From Candidatus Limnocylindrales bacterium (lineage in GTDB: Bacteria > Chloroflexota > Limnocylindria > Limnocylindrales > CSP1-4): 64,000 nt of DNA. The DNA is taken from contig DASSHB010000072.1 of assembly GCA_035693125.1 (NCBI GenBank), positions 37,922-101,921 of the forward strand. Direction: 5' to 3'. Below, piece by piece: positions 1 to 9,198 of this stretch (its first letter is position 1; every line of letters begins with the position of its first letter). Made by a program: the position numbers and the translations under genes. The notes under the pieces were generated by a model. That model saw only the letters and a list, made by a program, of their open reading frames with translations. It did no database searches and was not told where the DNA came from.

Positions 1-302
1 AGCAGGCGCCCGGCGAGGGCGAACGCGGGGGTGATCGTCGCGAAGACGAGGACGGTCGTGGGCTCGTAGGCGTTGACGCGGGCGATCGCGCCGATGACCG
101 GGGCGATCAGGATCAGCGGGCCCAGCACGAACCAGATGACCTGGCGCGTGGGCAGGATCAGCTCGGACCGACCCTCCAGCGCCAACCCGACCGCCACGAA
201 GGCCGCGAGCGGCAGCAGGGCGAACAGGACGGACCGGCCGGTCGGCCAGTCTCCCCGATCCTCGGCGGATCCCTCGAGGACCGCCGTGCTCTCGATCGTC
301 AT
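1..302 (-). CDS. integral membrane protein, N-terminal part (gene continues past the left edge)
   Basis: Absent from the ORF track because it is truncated. The reverse complement from ATG (302..300) reads MTIESTAVLEGSAEDRGDWPTGRSVLFALLPLAAFVAVGLALEGRSELILPTRQVIWFVLGPLILIAPVIGAIARVNAYEPTTVLVFATITPAFALAGRL and stays open to position 1. GGAGGGA lies about 8 nt upstream. Third positions are G/C-rich and the sequence has hydrophobic helices. Confidence 0.55.
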   Translation of the reverse strand, partial: MTIESTAVLEGSAEDRGDWPTGRSVLFALLPLAAFVAVGLALEGRSELILPTRQVIWFVLGPLILIAPVIGAIARVNAYEPTTVLVFATITPAFALAGRL

Positions 303-437
303 CCCGCATCTCCCTCCGGCTCGGACGCGCTCCGCGCGAAGGATCGCATTCCGGTCAAGGGGGTCGTGAGTGCTCCCGCCCAGCTGGCGCGCCCAGGCAC
401 CGTGAACCTCGCGCAGTCGCGAGGGCTACCCTGAGGC

Positions 438-821
438 ATGGCCGCTCCCCGGTTCACGATGGTCGTCCTCCTCGTCGACGACCTTCCTCGCTCCCTCGCC
501 TTCTATCGCCGGCTCGGCGTCGAGTTCCCGGCCGACGCCGATTCCCGGACCGACGTCCAGGTCCCGCTCGGGGAAAGCCATCAGCTCGTGATCTCGACTC
601 GCTTCGTCGGCGCGATCCCCGACTACGAATCACCGCGGGGCGACGGACGGGTGATCCTCGAATTCTTCGTCGAGGGCGATGACGCCGTGAACGCGAAGCA
701 CGCCGAGCTCGTCGAAGCGGGCTATCGCAGCCGTCGGGCGCCCTTCCGAACGGGCTTCGGGGCGTGGATGGCGATCGTCGACGACCCGGACGGCACGACC
801 GTGCTGGTCACCGCGGGCTGA
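438..821 (+). CDS. VOC/glyoxalase-bleomycin resistance family protein
   Basis: 127 aa. Typical VOC pattern: VLLVDDLPRSLAFYRRLG at the N-terminus and GAWMAIVDDPDGTTVLV at the C-terminus. Confidence 0.85.
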   Translation: MAAPRFTMVVLLVDDLPRSLAFYRRLGVEFPADADSRTDVQVPLGESHQLVISTRFVGAIPDYESPRGDGRVILEFFVEGDDAVNAKHAELVEAGYRSRRAPFRTGFGAWMAIVDDPDGTTVLVTAG

Positions 822-938
822 CGGCGCCGCGGCCCGGCCACGCCTGGCACGGTGCGATCCTCGCGACCCTCCTCCGGCGCGCCGACCCGGCTGCGCTTCC
901 GGGCTGACGCCGCCCGGGCGCTCTGACATCATCGCGAG

Positions 939-2750
939 GTGACCGCGACTGCGCCCGCCACCTCCACGGCGATCGCCGCCGTCGACGCGATCTTCGATCG
1001 CTTCCACGCCACGCTGGTGGCGCCCGGCGTCGTCTTCGGGGTGATCGTCGACGGCTCACTCGTCCATTCCGGGAGCCGAGGATCCATCCGCCCCATCGAG
1101 GCCGCCGACGGGACCGTCGCGGTCGTCGAACCCGGTGCCGCGCCTGACGACGACACCGGCTACCGGATCGCGTCGATGACGAAGAGCTTCACGGCGGCCG
1201 CGATCCTGCGCCTTCGCGACGACGGCCGGCTCCGCCTCGACGACGACGCCCGGCAGTGGGTCCCCGAGCTCGATGGCGGCGCCCGTTGGGCCGACGACGC
1301 CGGGCCGATGACGATCCGGGCGCTCCTGACGATGTCGGCGGGGCTACCCACGGATGATCCGTGGGGCGACCGCCAGCTGGGGCTGGACGAGGCGTCGTTC
1401 CTCCGCTTCCTCGCGGCCGGGCCGGAGCTCACCTGGCCCGTGGGAACCCACTTCGAGTACTCGAACACGGGCTACGCGATCCTGGGCCTGATCGTCGGCC
1501 GCGCGGCGGGAGAGGCCTATCGCACCTTCGTCGAGCGCCGGGTCCTCGAGCCGCTCGGGCTTGCCGGGACCGCGTTCGACACGACCGGCGTGGAAGCCGG
1601 CCGGGTCGCCCCGGGCTACCTCCGTCGCGGTGGCGCCTGGATCGAGGAGCCGATCGCGCCGCACGGCGCGTACGCCCCCATGGGCGGGCTGTACTCGACC
1701 GTCCGCGACCTCGCCACCTGGGTGGCGGCGTTCCTCGCCGCGTCGCCGTCCCGGGACGACGACGATCGTGGCGTCCTCCTTTCGCGAGCGTCGCTGCGCG
1801 AGATGCAGGAGAGCCACCGCGCGATCCCTCCGGAGCTGCGCTGGACCTCGACGGGAGCGCCGCCGGTCCCATTCGTCTCGGGCTACGGCTACGGCTTGTT
1901 CGTCGTGCACGACGTCGAGCGGGGCCGGACCATCACCCACAGCGGCGGGCTGCCGGGCTACGGCTCGAACATGCGCTGGCATCCGGCGAGCGGCCTCGGC
2001 GTCGTGGCCGCGGCGAACGGCCGGTACGCACCGCTCGGGCTGGTCTGCCGGGATGCGCTGAATGCCCTGATCGACGGCGGAACCCGACCGGCACGGCGAC
2101 CCCGGCCGTGGCCGGCGACCGAGGCGGCCCGATCGGCGGTCGAGCAGCTGATCGAGGACTGGGACGACGACCTCGCCAAGCGAACGTTCGCGATCAACGT
2201 CGATCTCGACGAGCCGCTCGAGCTCCGGCGCGCCCAGATCGACGGGCTTCGAGCGACGTTCGGCCGGCTCCGCCCGGACGAATCCGAGCCGGCGATCGGT
2301 GACACGCCAGCAGCGCTTCGCTGGTGGCTCCGCGGCGAGCGCGGCGGCCGCGTCCAGGTCGACATCCAGCTGGGCCCCGAGCGGCCCGCCCGCGTCCAGT
2401 GGCTCGAGCTCGTGGCCGTTCCGGACCCCTCGCCGCGGCTCCTCGCGCTGGCCGAGCGAGTCACGGCGCTCGTCAGCCAGGATCGCGCGGCGTGGCCGGC
2501 GGATCTCGAGCTGGCCGCCGGGGTCGATCGGGCCGCGGTCCGGCGAGACCTCCGCGCGGCCGACGCGCTGTTCGGACCGCTCACGCTCGGCGCGGTGACG
2601 GCCGGCGATGGCGCCTCGACCGGTTCGTGGCGCCTCAACGGTCCGCGCGGGCCGGTGACCCTGACGATCGCGCTGGCCGAGGACGGGGCAACGATCGAGA
2701 CGATCGCGCTCGTCCCGGACGCCTTGGAGTCGCCGATCGAGGGCGTCTGA
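939..2750 (+). CDS. serine hydrolase, beta-lactamase/PBP (class C-like) family, with about 200-aa C-terminal extension
   Basis: 603 aa with a GTG start in the track. SxxK active-site motif in IASMTKSFTAAAIL, YSNTGY (YxN) motif, and HSGGLPGY near the KTG-equivalent region. Confidence 0.85.
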   Translation: MTATAPATSTAIAAVDAIFDRFHATLVAPGVVFGVIVDGSLVHSGSRGSIRPIEAADGTVAVVEPGAAPDDDTGYRIASMTKSFTAAAILRLRDDGRLRLDDDARQWVPELDGGARWADDAGPMTIRALLTMSAGLPTDDPWGDRQLGLDEASFLRFLAAGPELTWPVGTHFEYSNTGYAILGLIVGRAAGEAYRTFVERRVLEPLGLAGTAFDTTGVEAGRVAPGYLRRGGAWIEEPIAPHGAYAPMGGLYSTVRDLATWVAAFLAASPSRDDDDRGVLLSRASLREMQESHRAIPPELRWTSTGAPPVPFVSGYGYGLFVVHDVERGRTITHSGGLPGYGSNMRWHPASGLGVVAAANGRYAPLGLVCRDALNALIDGGTRPARRPRPWPATEAARSAVEQLIEDWDDDLAKRTFAINVDLDEPLELRRAQIDGLRATFGRLRPDESEPAIGDTPAALRWWLRGERGGRVQVDIQLGPERPARVQWLELVAVPDPSPRLLALAERVTALVSQDRAAWPADLELAAGVDRAAVRRDLRAADALFGPLTLGAVTAGDGASTGSWRLNGPRGPVTLTIALAEDGATIETIALVPDALESPIEGV

Positions 2751-2913
2751 GCGCTGCTCGACCACCGCCCGCAGAACGGCCGCTCCGCATCGTGATCGCC
2801 GAGGACTCCGTCCTGGAGGGGGAGGGCATCGCTTGGCCGGCCACGCCCGAGGGAACGCCTCCGTCGTCCGCTGGGCGCGTCGGGGCCGGCCCGCCGTTGC
2901 TATCCTCCGACCG

Positions 2914-4149
2914 GTGCGCCTCCTGCCCGCCCGGGTCGTCGAGACGATCGCACCAGCCCGTCTCGGTCGCAGCTTCCGGTTCCTCCTGGCCGCCTCCGCG
3001 ATCAACAACGCCGGCGACGGCGTCGTCATCGCTGCCGGGCCGCTGCTCGTCGCATCGCTGACCCGCGACCCGTTCCTCGTCTCGCTGGCGCTCTTCATGG
3101 AGCGCCTGCCGACCCTCTTGTTCGGAGTCCTCGGTGGCGTCGCGGCGGACCGCTTCGACCGCCGCCGGATGGTCGTCATTGCCAACCTCATCCGAGCCGC
3201 GATCCTGGCCGGGCTCGTCGTCACGATCGCGACCGGGGCGGTGACGATCTGGCTCGTCCTCGTCGCGCTGTTCGCGATGGGCACGGCCGAGGTCATGGCC
3301 GACTCGGCGAGCAGCACCCTCCTGCCGTCGCTCGTGGCCCGAGCCGATCTGGGCACGGCCAACGCCCGGATGTCCGGGGCGATGCTCCTGACGAACCAGC
3401 TGTTGCTGCCGCCGCTGGGGGCGTTCCTGTTCGCGCTGGACCGCAGCCTGCCGTTCGCGGCGAACGGGGTCTCGTTCATCGCGGCCGTGATCCTGATCTC
3501 GCGGGTCGTCACGCCGGTCCGGGAGCGGGCGGAACGCACCACCGTCAGGGCCGACCTCGTGGAAGGGGTTCGCTGGCTCCTGGCGCATCCACCGATGCGG
3601 ACCCTGACCCTGACGATCCTCGCCTTCAACATCACGTTCGGGGCGCCCTGGGCGGTCCTCGTCCTGTACGCCACGGAACGGCTCGGGATGAGCGAGATCG
3701 GATTCGGGCTGATCACCACCGCCATCGCGATCGGCGGCCTGATCGGGACGGCGTCATACGGCTGGCTGGAACGCCGCTTCACGCTCGGCGACATCATGCG
3801 GGTCGGCCTCCTGATCGAGACCGTCACCCACCTCGTCCTGGCCTTGACGACATCGGCCGCGGTGGCCCTCGGCATGCTCGTGATCTTCGGCGCGCACGGG
3901 TTCGTGTGGGGCACGACCTCGACCGTCGTCCGCCAGCGCTCCGTGCCCGACGAGGTCCTGGGCCGGGTGGGTGGCGTGTACCGCGTGGCGATCCAGGGCG
4001 GGATCGTCATCGGGACCCCGATCGGCGGCCTGATCGCCGGGTTGTTCGGGATCACGGCGCCGTTCTGGTTCGGCTTCGTGGGGTCGGCGATCCTCGTGAC
4101 GATCCTGTGGCGGCAGTTCGCCCTGATCGCCCACGACGCCGAGATCTAG
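2914..4149 (+). CDS. MFS transporter
   Basis: The track ORF 2833..4149 begins with TTG. I prefer the GTG at 2914 (VRLLPARVV...). It has about 12 hydrophobic segments and the MFS loop motif GVLGGVAADRFDRRRM. The start is uncertain. Confidence 0.8.
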   Translation: MRLLPARVVETIAPARLGRSFRFLLAASAINNAGDGVVIAAGPLLVASLTRDPFLVSLALFMERLPTLLFGVLGGVAADRFDRRRMVVIANLIRAAILAGLVVTIATGAVTIWLVLVALFAMGTAEVMADSASSTLLPSLVARADLGTANARMSGAMLLTNQLLLPPLGAFLFALDRSLPFAANGVSFIAAVILISRVVTPVRERAERTTVRADLVEGVRWLLAHPPMRTLTLTILAFNITFGAPWAVLVLYATERLGMSEIGFGLITTAIAIGGLIGTASYGWLERRFTLGDIMRVGLLIETVTHLVLALTTSAAVALGMLVIFGAHGFVWGTTSTVVRQRSVPDEVLGRVGGVYRVAIQGGIVIGTPIGGLIAGLFGITAPFWFGFVGSAILVTILWRQFALIAHDAEI

Positions 4150-4802
4150 GCGCTCGCCACTCCGGCGAGATCGAGTGGGAGCACCCAGGCGTCGACGACG
4201 AGGGGATCGTCGTAGCGCTCGGTCGTCGGGACCAGGCCGTCCAGCGGCACGGCGAGGGCGTCGACGGCGACGGCGCTCAAGAGGGCGTAGGCGTGACTGC
4301 CGCTGACCTCGCGAGCGTGGTTCTTCAGGAGCCGGTGGGCGACGTTGACGTCCGCTCCGAGCAGCTCCTCCTGGCCGACGATCGTCTGGGCGATCCACGC
4401 GCCGTGGTGGACGACGAACTTCAGGTCCAGGTCGCCGATCCGGATGCACGCGTCGCACGAGCACGTCCAGTTCGCCCGAGCGCTCTCGAGGCTGGCGCCG
4501 AACGCCCCGTACCAGCCGCGGATCGCGTCGAGAAGCAGCCTGCCTCGAGGCGCGGCCTCGCCGGCTACCGCGAACACGGCGTCGCCTTCCAGCTTGGCCA
4601 GGCTGAACGCCGGGGCGATCGCGGACACGATCGTGTCGAGCAGGTGGGACATGACCGCGTAGGCCGGGGGCGGTACCTCGGCGTCGAGGATGATGTCGCG
4701 ATGGGCATCGGCGACCGCGCCGAGGAACCCCGTGTAGCCGGAGATGTCGGCGAGGAGGAGCGTGCCGGACCGACGCTGGGCGGCGGACGCGGAGAAGGCC
4801 AT
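4146..4802 (-). CDS. DUF2652-type protein (nucleotidyl-cyclase-like fold family)
   Basis: 218 aa. The LLLADISGYTGFL start and KLEGDAVFAV resemble the cyclase-like DUF2652 family. Its stop overlaps the MFS stop within a CTAG. Confidence 0.65.
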   Translation of the reverse strand: MAFSASAAQRRSGTLLLADISGYTGFLGAVADAHRDIILDAEVPPPAYAVMSHLLDTIVSAIAPAFSLAKLEGDAVFAVAGEAAPRGRLLLDAIRGWYGAFGASLESARANWTCSCDACIRIGDLDLKFVVHHGAWIAQTIVGQEELLGADVNVAHRLLKNHAREVSGSHAYALLSAVAVDALAVPLDGLVPTTERYDDPLVVDAWVLPLDLAGVASA

Positions 4803-4906
4803 CGGCCCGATTGTCGCCGATCTCAGGGCGGACGCGACCAGGACTCCCGCGCGGCGGCCGCGCGGCGTACGCTGAGCACCCCTGACGCACGCTGGAGGGC
4901 GACGGC

Positions 4907-5140
4907 ATGACGATCCGCGACTCGCTGACCGAGGCGATGCACCTGCCCCAGGACAGCGACACGATGAGCTGGCTCGGCACCCATGGGATCGGGGTGGCCA
5001 ACGAGCAGACGATGAGCCAGGCGATCCACGACGTGTACTGCGGGATCACCTCCGACCACGACCACCCGAACGAGAAGGACCACGAGCAGGCGCGCAAGCT
5101 GCTCGACGCGATGCACCGGGCGGCCGCGCTCGCGGACTGA
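4907..5140 (+). CDS. small conserved hypothetical protein (His/Cys-containing), paralogue of 25895..26134
   Basis: 77 aa with G/C-rich third positions. It shares the core ETMSQAIHDVYCGI..DH..PNEKDH.QA with the second copy. Confidence 0.6.
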   Translation: MTIRDSLTEAMHLPQDSDTMSWLGTHGIGVANEQTMSQAIHDVYCGITSDHDHPNEKDHEQARKLLDAMHRAAALAD

Positions 5141-5177
5141 GGTGCCGGCGCCGGCCGGCCGGTAGGCTTCCACCGAC

Positions 5178-6857
5178 ATGCCAGCCGAGTTCATCTACAC
5201 GACCTACAAGCTCGCCCGCCACTACCCACCGGATCGGACGGTCCTCGAGGACATCTCGATCTCCTTCTACCCGGGAGCGAAGATCGGGGTGATCGGTGCG
5301 AACGGCGCCGGCAAGTCGAGCCTCCTGAGGATCATGGCCGGGCTCGACGACGGATTCACCGGGGAGGCCCGGCTCACGCCCGGCTTCAGCGTGGGCTACC
5401 TGGCTCAGGAGCCTCAGCTCGACCCGTCGAAGGACGTCAAGGGCAACGTCATGGACGGCGTCCGTGAGGTGGCGGGCCTGATCGAGCAGTACAACGCCGT
5501 CATGGCCAGGTGGTCCGAGCCGGATGCGGACTACGAGGCCGTCGGCGCCGAGCAGTCCGCCCTGGAGGACCGGATCAACGCGGCCGATGCCTGGAACGTG
5601 GAGCGCAACGTCGAGATCGCGATGGAGGCGCTCCGCTGCCCGCCCGACGATGCGCCGGTCGCGACCCTGAGCGGCGGCGAGAAGCGGCGGGTGGCGCTTG
5701 CCCGGCTGCTGCTCAGCCACCCCGACCTGCTCCTCCTCGACGAGCCGACGAACCACCTCGACGCGGAGTCGGTCGAGTGGCTCGAGCGGTTCCTCGACGA
5801 GTACAGCGGGACCGTCGTCGCCGTGACCCACGACCGCTACTTCCTCGACAACGTCGCCAAATGGATCCTCGAGCTGGACCACGGTCGCGGAATCCCGTTC
5901 AGCGGCAACTACTCGGGCTGGCTCGAGCAGAAGCTCGAGCGGATGGGCCGCGAGCAGAAGCAGGCCGACGCCCGCCAGCGGACGCTCGCCCGCGAGCTCG
6001 AATGGGTCCGGATGGGCGCGAAGGCCCGCCAGGCGAAGGGCAAGGCCCGGCTGACGGCCTACGAGCAGCTCCTGGCCGAGGCGAACGACGCCCGCGGGAC
6101 GCAGACCCGCGAGCTCGAGATCGCGATCCCGCCGGGGCCGCGGCTCGGCGACCAGGTCATCGAGGTCGCGAACCTTCGCAAGGGCTACGGCGACCGGCTC
6201 CTGATCGAGGACCTGTCGTTCAGCCTCCCGCGCTCGGGGATCGTCGGGATCATCGGCCCCAACGGGGCCGGCAAGACGACCCTCTTCCGGATGCTCGTCG
6301 GCCAGGAGCCGCCGGACCAGGGAACGATCACGGTCGGCGAGACGGTGGCGATGAGCTACGTCGACCAGTCACGCGACGAGCTCGATCCGTCCAAGACCGT
6401 GTTCGAGGAGATCACCTCGGGCGTCGAGGTCGTGCGGTCGGGGACCCGCGAGATCCCCGCCAGGGCCTACGTCTCGAGCTTCAACTTCCGGGGCACCGAC
6501 CACGGCAAGCTCGTTGGCCAGCTCTCGGGCGGCGAACGGAACCGGGTCCATCTCGCCAAGCTCCTCCAGTCCAACGGCAACGTCCTCCTCCTGGACGAGC
6601 CCACCAACGATCTCGACGTCGACACCCTGCGGGCGCTCGAGGCGGGGCTGGAGTCGTTCCCGGGCTGCGTCGTGGTGATCAGCCACGATCGCTGGTTCCT
6701 GGACCGGATCGCGACCCACATCCTGGCGTTCGAGGGCGACAGCCAGGTCCGCTTCTTCCAGGGCAACGTCAGCGACTACGAGGCGTTCCGCCACCAGGAG
6801 CTCGGGACGACGGCCGACCAACCCCACCGGATCCGCTACAAGCGCCTCGTCGCCTGA
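5178..6857 (+). CDS. ettA: energy-dependent translational throttle protein EttA (ABC-F ATPase)
   Basis: 559 aa, colinear with E. coli EttA as I remember it (FIYTTYKLARHYPP.., ISFYPGAKIGVIGANGAGKSSLLRIMAG, LSGGEKRRVALARLLL, second cassette GIIGPNGAGKTTLFRM, C-terminal RIRYKRL). Confidence 0.95.
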   Translation: MPAEFIYTTYKLARHYPPDRTVLEDISISFYPGAKIGVIGANGAGKSSLLRIMAGLDDGFTGEARLTPGFSVGYLAQEPQLDPSKDVKGNVMDGVREVAGLIEQYNAVMARWSEPDADYEAVGAEQSALEDRINAADAWNVERNVEIAMEALRCPPDDAPVATLSGGEKRRVALARLLLSHPDLLLLDEPTNHLDAESVEWLERFLDEYSGTVVAVTHDRYFLDNVAKWILELDHGRGIPFSGNYSGWLEQKLERMGREQKQADARQRTLARELEWVRMGAKARQAKGKARLTAYEQLLAEANDARGTQTRELEIAIPPGPRLGDQVIEVANLRKGYGDRLLIEDLSFSLPRSGIVGIIGPNGAGKTTLFRMLVGQEPPDQGTITVGETVAMSYVDQSRDELDPSKTVFEEITSGVEVVRSGTREIPARAYVSSFNFRGTDHGKLVGQLSGGERNRVHLAKLLQSNGNVLLLDEPTNDLDVDTLRALEAGLESFPGCVVVISHDRWFLDRIATHILAFEGDSQVRFFQGNVSDYEAFRHQELGTTADQPHRIRYKRLVA

Positions 6858-6996
6858 GGGCAGGCCGGCGCACGACGGGCTCGACACGACGGGCTCGACG
6901 CGCCGCCCGGCGAGGTGGCGTGGAAGACGGGCCGTATGATCCGCTCAGCGCGCATCGGCCGGGATCACCGATGCGCTGACCGAAAGGGGCGGCACG

Positions 6997-7374
6997 ATGG
7001 CCGATCACGACGAGCCGCCGCTCGGAAGCGGCTCAGCCGCGGAGCTGCTGTCCGCGTGGCGCGCCGCCGAGCGGGACCACGCGGCCGCGCTCGACGCCTC
7101 CGGCACCGCCGGTCTCGCGGCCGTCGCCGCCGGCCGCGCGGCCACGGCGGCTCGCGCGACGGCGGAGGCCGCCAGGCTCAGCCTCGAAGCGGCCACCCGG
7201 GCGGAACGGGCCGCGCAGGAGACGGCCGATGCCGCCGAGGTCCTGAGTGCCGCGGTGCGCCACGGCCAGGTCCTCGCGGACGCCGCGGTCGACACGACCA
7301 AAGCCGCCGAGCTCGAGGCGAAGGTTGCGTTCCGCGACGCCCAGGCGGAGGGATTCCCGAAACCATCCCGCTGA
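6997..7374 (+). CDS. Ala-rich helical hypothetical protein (copy A of a tandem pair)
   Basis: 125 aa: MADHDEPPLGSGSAAELLSAWRAAERDHAAAL...FRDAQAEGFPKPSR. It is roughly two-thirds identical by eye to the next gene. Confidence 0.55.
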   Translation: MADHDEPPLGSGSAAELLSAWRAAERDHAAALDASGTAGLAAVAAGRAATAARATAEAARLSLEAATRAERAAQETADAAEVLSAAVRHGQVLADAAVDTTKAAELEAKVAFRDAQAEGFPKPSR

Positions 7375-7466
7375 GCGATCCCGTCTGTCAGCGGCCCGGC
7401 GCGCCGGGTCCTATCATCCGCCGCATCATCGCCGGAGGCTCCGGCCGATCGATGACGAGGGAGGCG

Positions 7467-7844
7467 ATGGCCGAGGACGAGAGCGGACGCCTGGGCAAGG
7501 GTTCGGCCGCTGACCTGCTGTCGGCCTGGCGGGCCGCTGAGCGGGACCACGCGGCGGCCCTCGAATCGGCTTCGGTCGCAACGCTCGCAGCCCGCGCTGC
7601 GGAGCGCGCGGCAAACGCTGCTCGCGAGACCGCGGACGCGGCCAAGCTGAGCCTCGAGGCCGCTCAGCGCGCGGAGCACGCCGCGCGGGAGACCGCCGAC
7701 GCCGCCGATGTCCTGAGCCGGTCCGCGTCCCGCGAGCAGGTCGTCGCGGACGCCGCGGTCACGACGACCGAAGCCGCCGAATCGAAGGCGAAGGCCGCCT
7801 TCCGCGAGGCCCAGAAGCAGGGGTTCCCCAAGGACCCGGGCTGA
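7467..7844 (+). CDS. Ala-rich helical hypothetical protein (copy B of a tandem pair)
   Basis: Internal ATG of track ORF 6915..7844, chosen by colinearity with copy A (MAEDESGRLGKGSAADLLSAWRAAERDHAAAL...FREAQKQGFPKDPG). ATG 7452 is an alternative start. Confidence 0.55.
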   Translation: MAEDESGRLGKGSAADLLSAWRAAERDHAAALESASVATLAARAAERAANAARETADAAKLSLEAAQRAEHAARETADAADVLSRSASREQVVADAAVTTTEAAESKAKAAFREAQKQGFPKDPG

Positions 7845-7856
7845 GCGTTCGCCCGC

Positions 7857-8612
7857 TCAGACCACCCCTCGGGCCGCCCAGGCGTGAGCGGTCATGTCGA
7901 AGGACCCGGACGGGAGCCGTGACCGGCAGCGGGCCTCGAGCTGCGAGCGACCGGCCGGGTCGAGGCTGGCCAGGAAGCCGCCGGCCGGCCCGACGCCGCG
8001 GGTGAAGGGCTCCCACCAGTCGTCGAAGCCCGAGTAGCTGCGCTGGACGGCCAGGTCCGACTCCTCCACGTCGCGCAGCCCCGCGCCCCGGAACAGCGCC
8101 GCGAGCTGGCCGGACAGGGCGCCCGCTCGCTCGGATTCGTCGTTGACGTCGGGATCGACCTCGCGGGCCGCGACCCAGAACGGCCCGAGCGGTCCGCGCC
8201 CGCCGCCGAAGTCCCAGACGCAGGCCGCCACGGTCCCACCGGGCCGCGTCACGCGCGCCATCTCCTGGATCCCCGCCGGGGGATCGCTCATGAAATGCAC
8301 GACGAGCTGGGCGAGCGCGGCGTCGAAGGCGTCGTCGTCGAACGGCAGCGCCTCCGCCGTCGCCCGCCGAACGTCGACGCCCGGATGGCGCTCGCGCGCG
8401 GTGGCCACGAATGGCTCCGACGGGTCGACCGCACTCACCGAAGCCGCCCCCAGCCGTCGGACCAGCTCCGAGGTCAGCGAGCCCGGCCCGCAGCCCACAT
8501 CGAGCGCGCGCTGGCCCGGCCGGAGCTCGGCGAGGTCGGCCAGGAGCGGGGCCAACGACCGCGACCAGCCGCCCATGAAGCGGTCGTACGACTCGGCGGC
8601 GACGTGGAACAT
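7857..8612 (-). CDS. class I SAM-dependent methyltransferase (small-molecule type)
   Basis: Real start is ATG 8612, residue 131 of track ORF 7857..9002. Motif I is ALDVGCGPGSLT and the layout is Methyltransf_11-like. No DPPY/NPPY DNA-methylase motif. Confidence 0.85.
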   Translation of the reverse strand: MFHVAAESYDRFMGGWSRSLAPLLADLAELRPGQRALDVGCGPGSLTSELVRRLGAASVSAVDPSEPFVATARERHPGVDVRRATAEALPFDDDAFDAALAQLVVHFMSDPPAGIQEMARVTRPGGTVAACVWDFGGGRGPLGPFWVAAREVDPDVNDESERAGALSGQLAALFRGAGLRDVEESDLAVQRSYSGFDDWWEPFTRGVGPAGGFLASLDPAGRSQLEARCRSRLPSGSFDMTAHAWAARGVV

Positions 8613-8625
8613 CGACGCGGCCCGG

Positions 8626-9129
8626 TCAGTCGCGACGCCAGAGATCGATGTCGGGCAGGCCGTGCATCGCCAGGGCGTCCGAGATCTGGGCCGCATGCCA
8701 GGCGTCGTGGGTGAGCAGCCGTTGGAGGATCGAAGCCCGCGTATGGTGCTGGATCGTGTCGCCGTAGCGTCGTTCGATCTCCTCCTCCAGGCGCTCGGGC
8801 AGCCACGTGTCGAGGACGTGGTCGACGATCGTGAAGCTCGACTCCAGCGCCCACACGAGCTCCTCCGCGGACCGGGGGTGGTCGAGATCGTCCTCCCAGC
8901 CCTCGGCGGCCATAGGGTCGGCGAACGGCGTCCGATCGGCGCCCGGCTCGCCCAGGATCCCGCACAGCCAGTAGGTCCGGGCACCCGCGTCATGGCCGGC
9001 AACGGCCCAGATCGGCCAGTCGTACGGGCCCAGGCGGATCGCGAGCTGCTCGTCCGTCAATCCCGCGAGCGCCGCGGTGACGCGGCGGTTGTACTGGGGC
9101 CAGCGGTCGTAGAAGCGCCGAATCGTCAT
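8626..9129 (-). CDS. DinB family protein
   Basis: 167 aa with His-rich four-helix-bundle pattern (AVAGHDAG..., HHTRASILQRLLTHDAWHAAQI). Confidence 0.75.
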   Translation of the reverse strand: MTIRRFYDRWPQYNRRVTAALAGLTDEQLAIRLGPYDWPIWAVAGHDAGARTYWLCGILGEPGADRTPFADPMAAEGWEDDLDHPRSAEELVWALESSFTIVDHVLDTWLPERLEEEIERRYGDTIQHHTRASILQRLLTHDAWHAAQISDALAMHGLPDIDLWRRD

Positions 9130-9198
9130 CGATCGAGTCTAGGCCACTGGGGATCGCTCCTCCTCGCCTGGGGAGAGCCGTCGAGTCCGCCCGGATCG

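Noticed and set aside
1344-4055. 903-aa minus-strand ORF, the longest in this part of the track
   Set aside because: It is antisense to the beta-lactamase-family and MFS genes. The translation is Arg/Pro/Gly/Ala-rich low complexity with no motifs. This is the usual open antisense frame of a very GC-rich genome.
6915-7844. 309-aa ORF spanning both Ala-rich genes
   Set aside because: Its first approximately 180 residues are Arg/Gly-rich junk overlapping copy A in another frame. Colinearity with copy A places the real start at 7467 or 7452.
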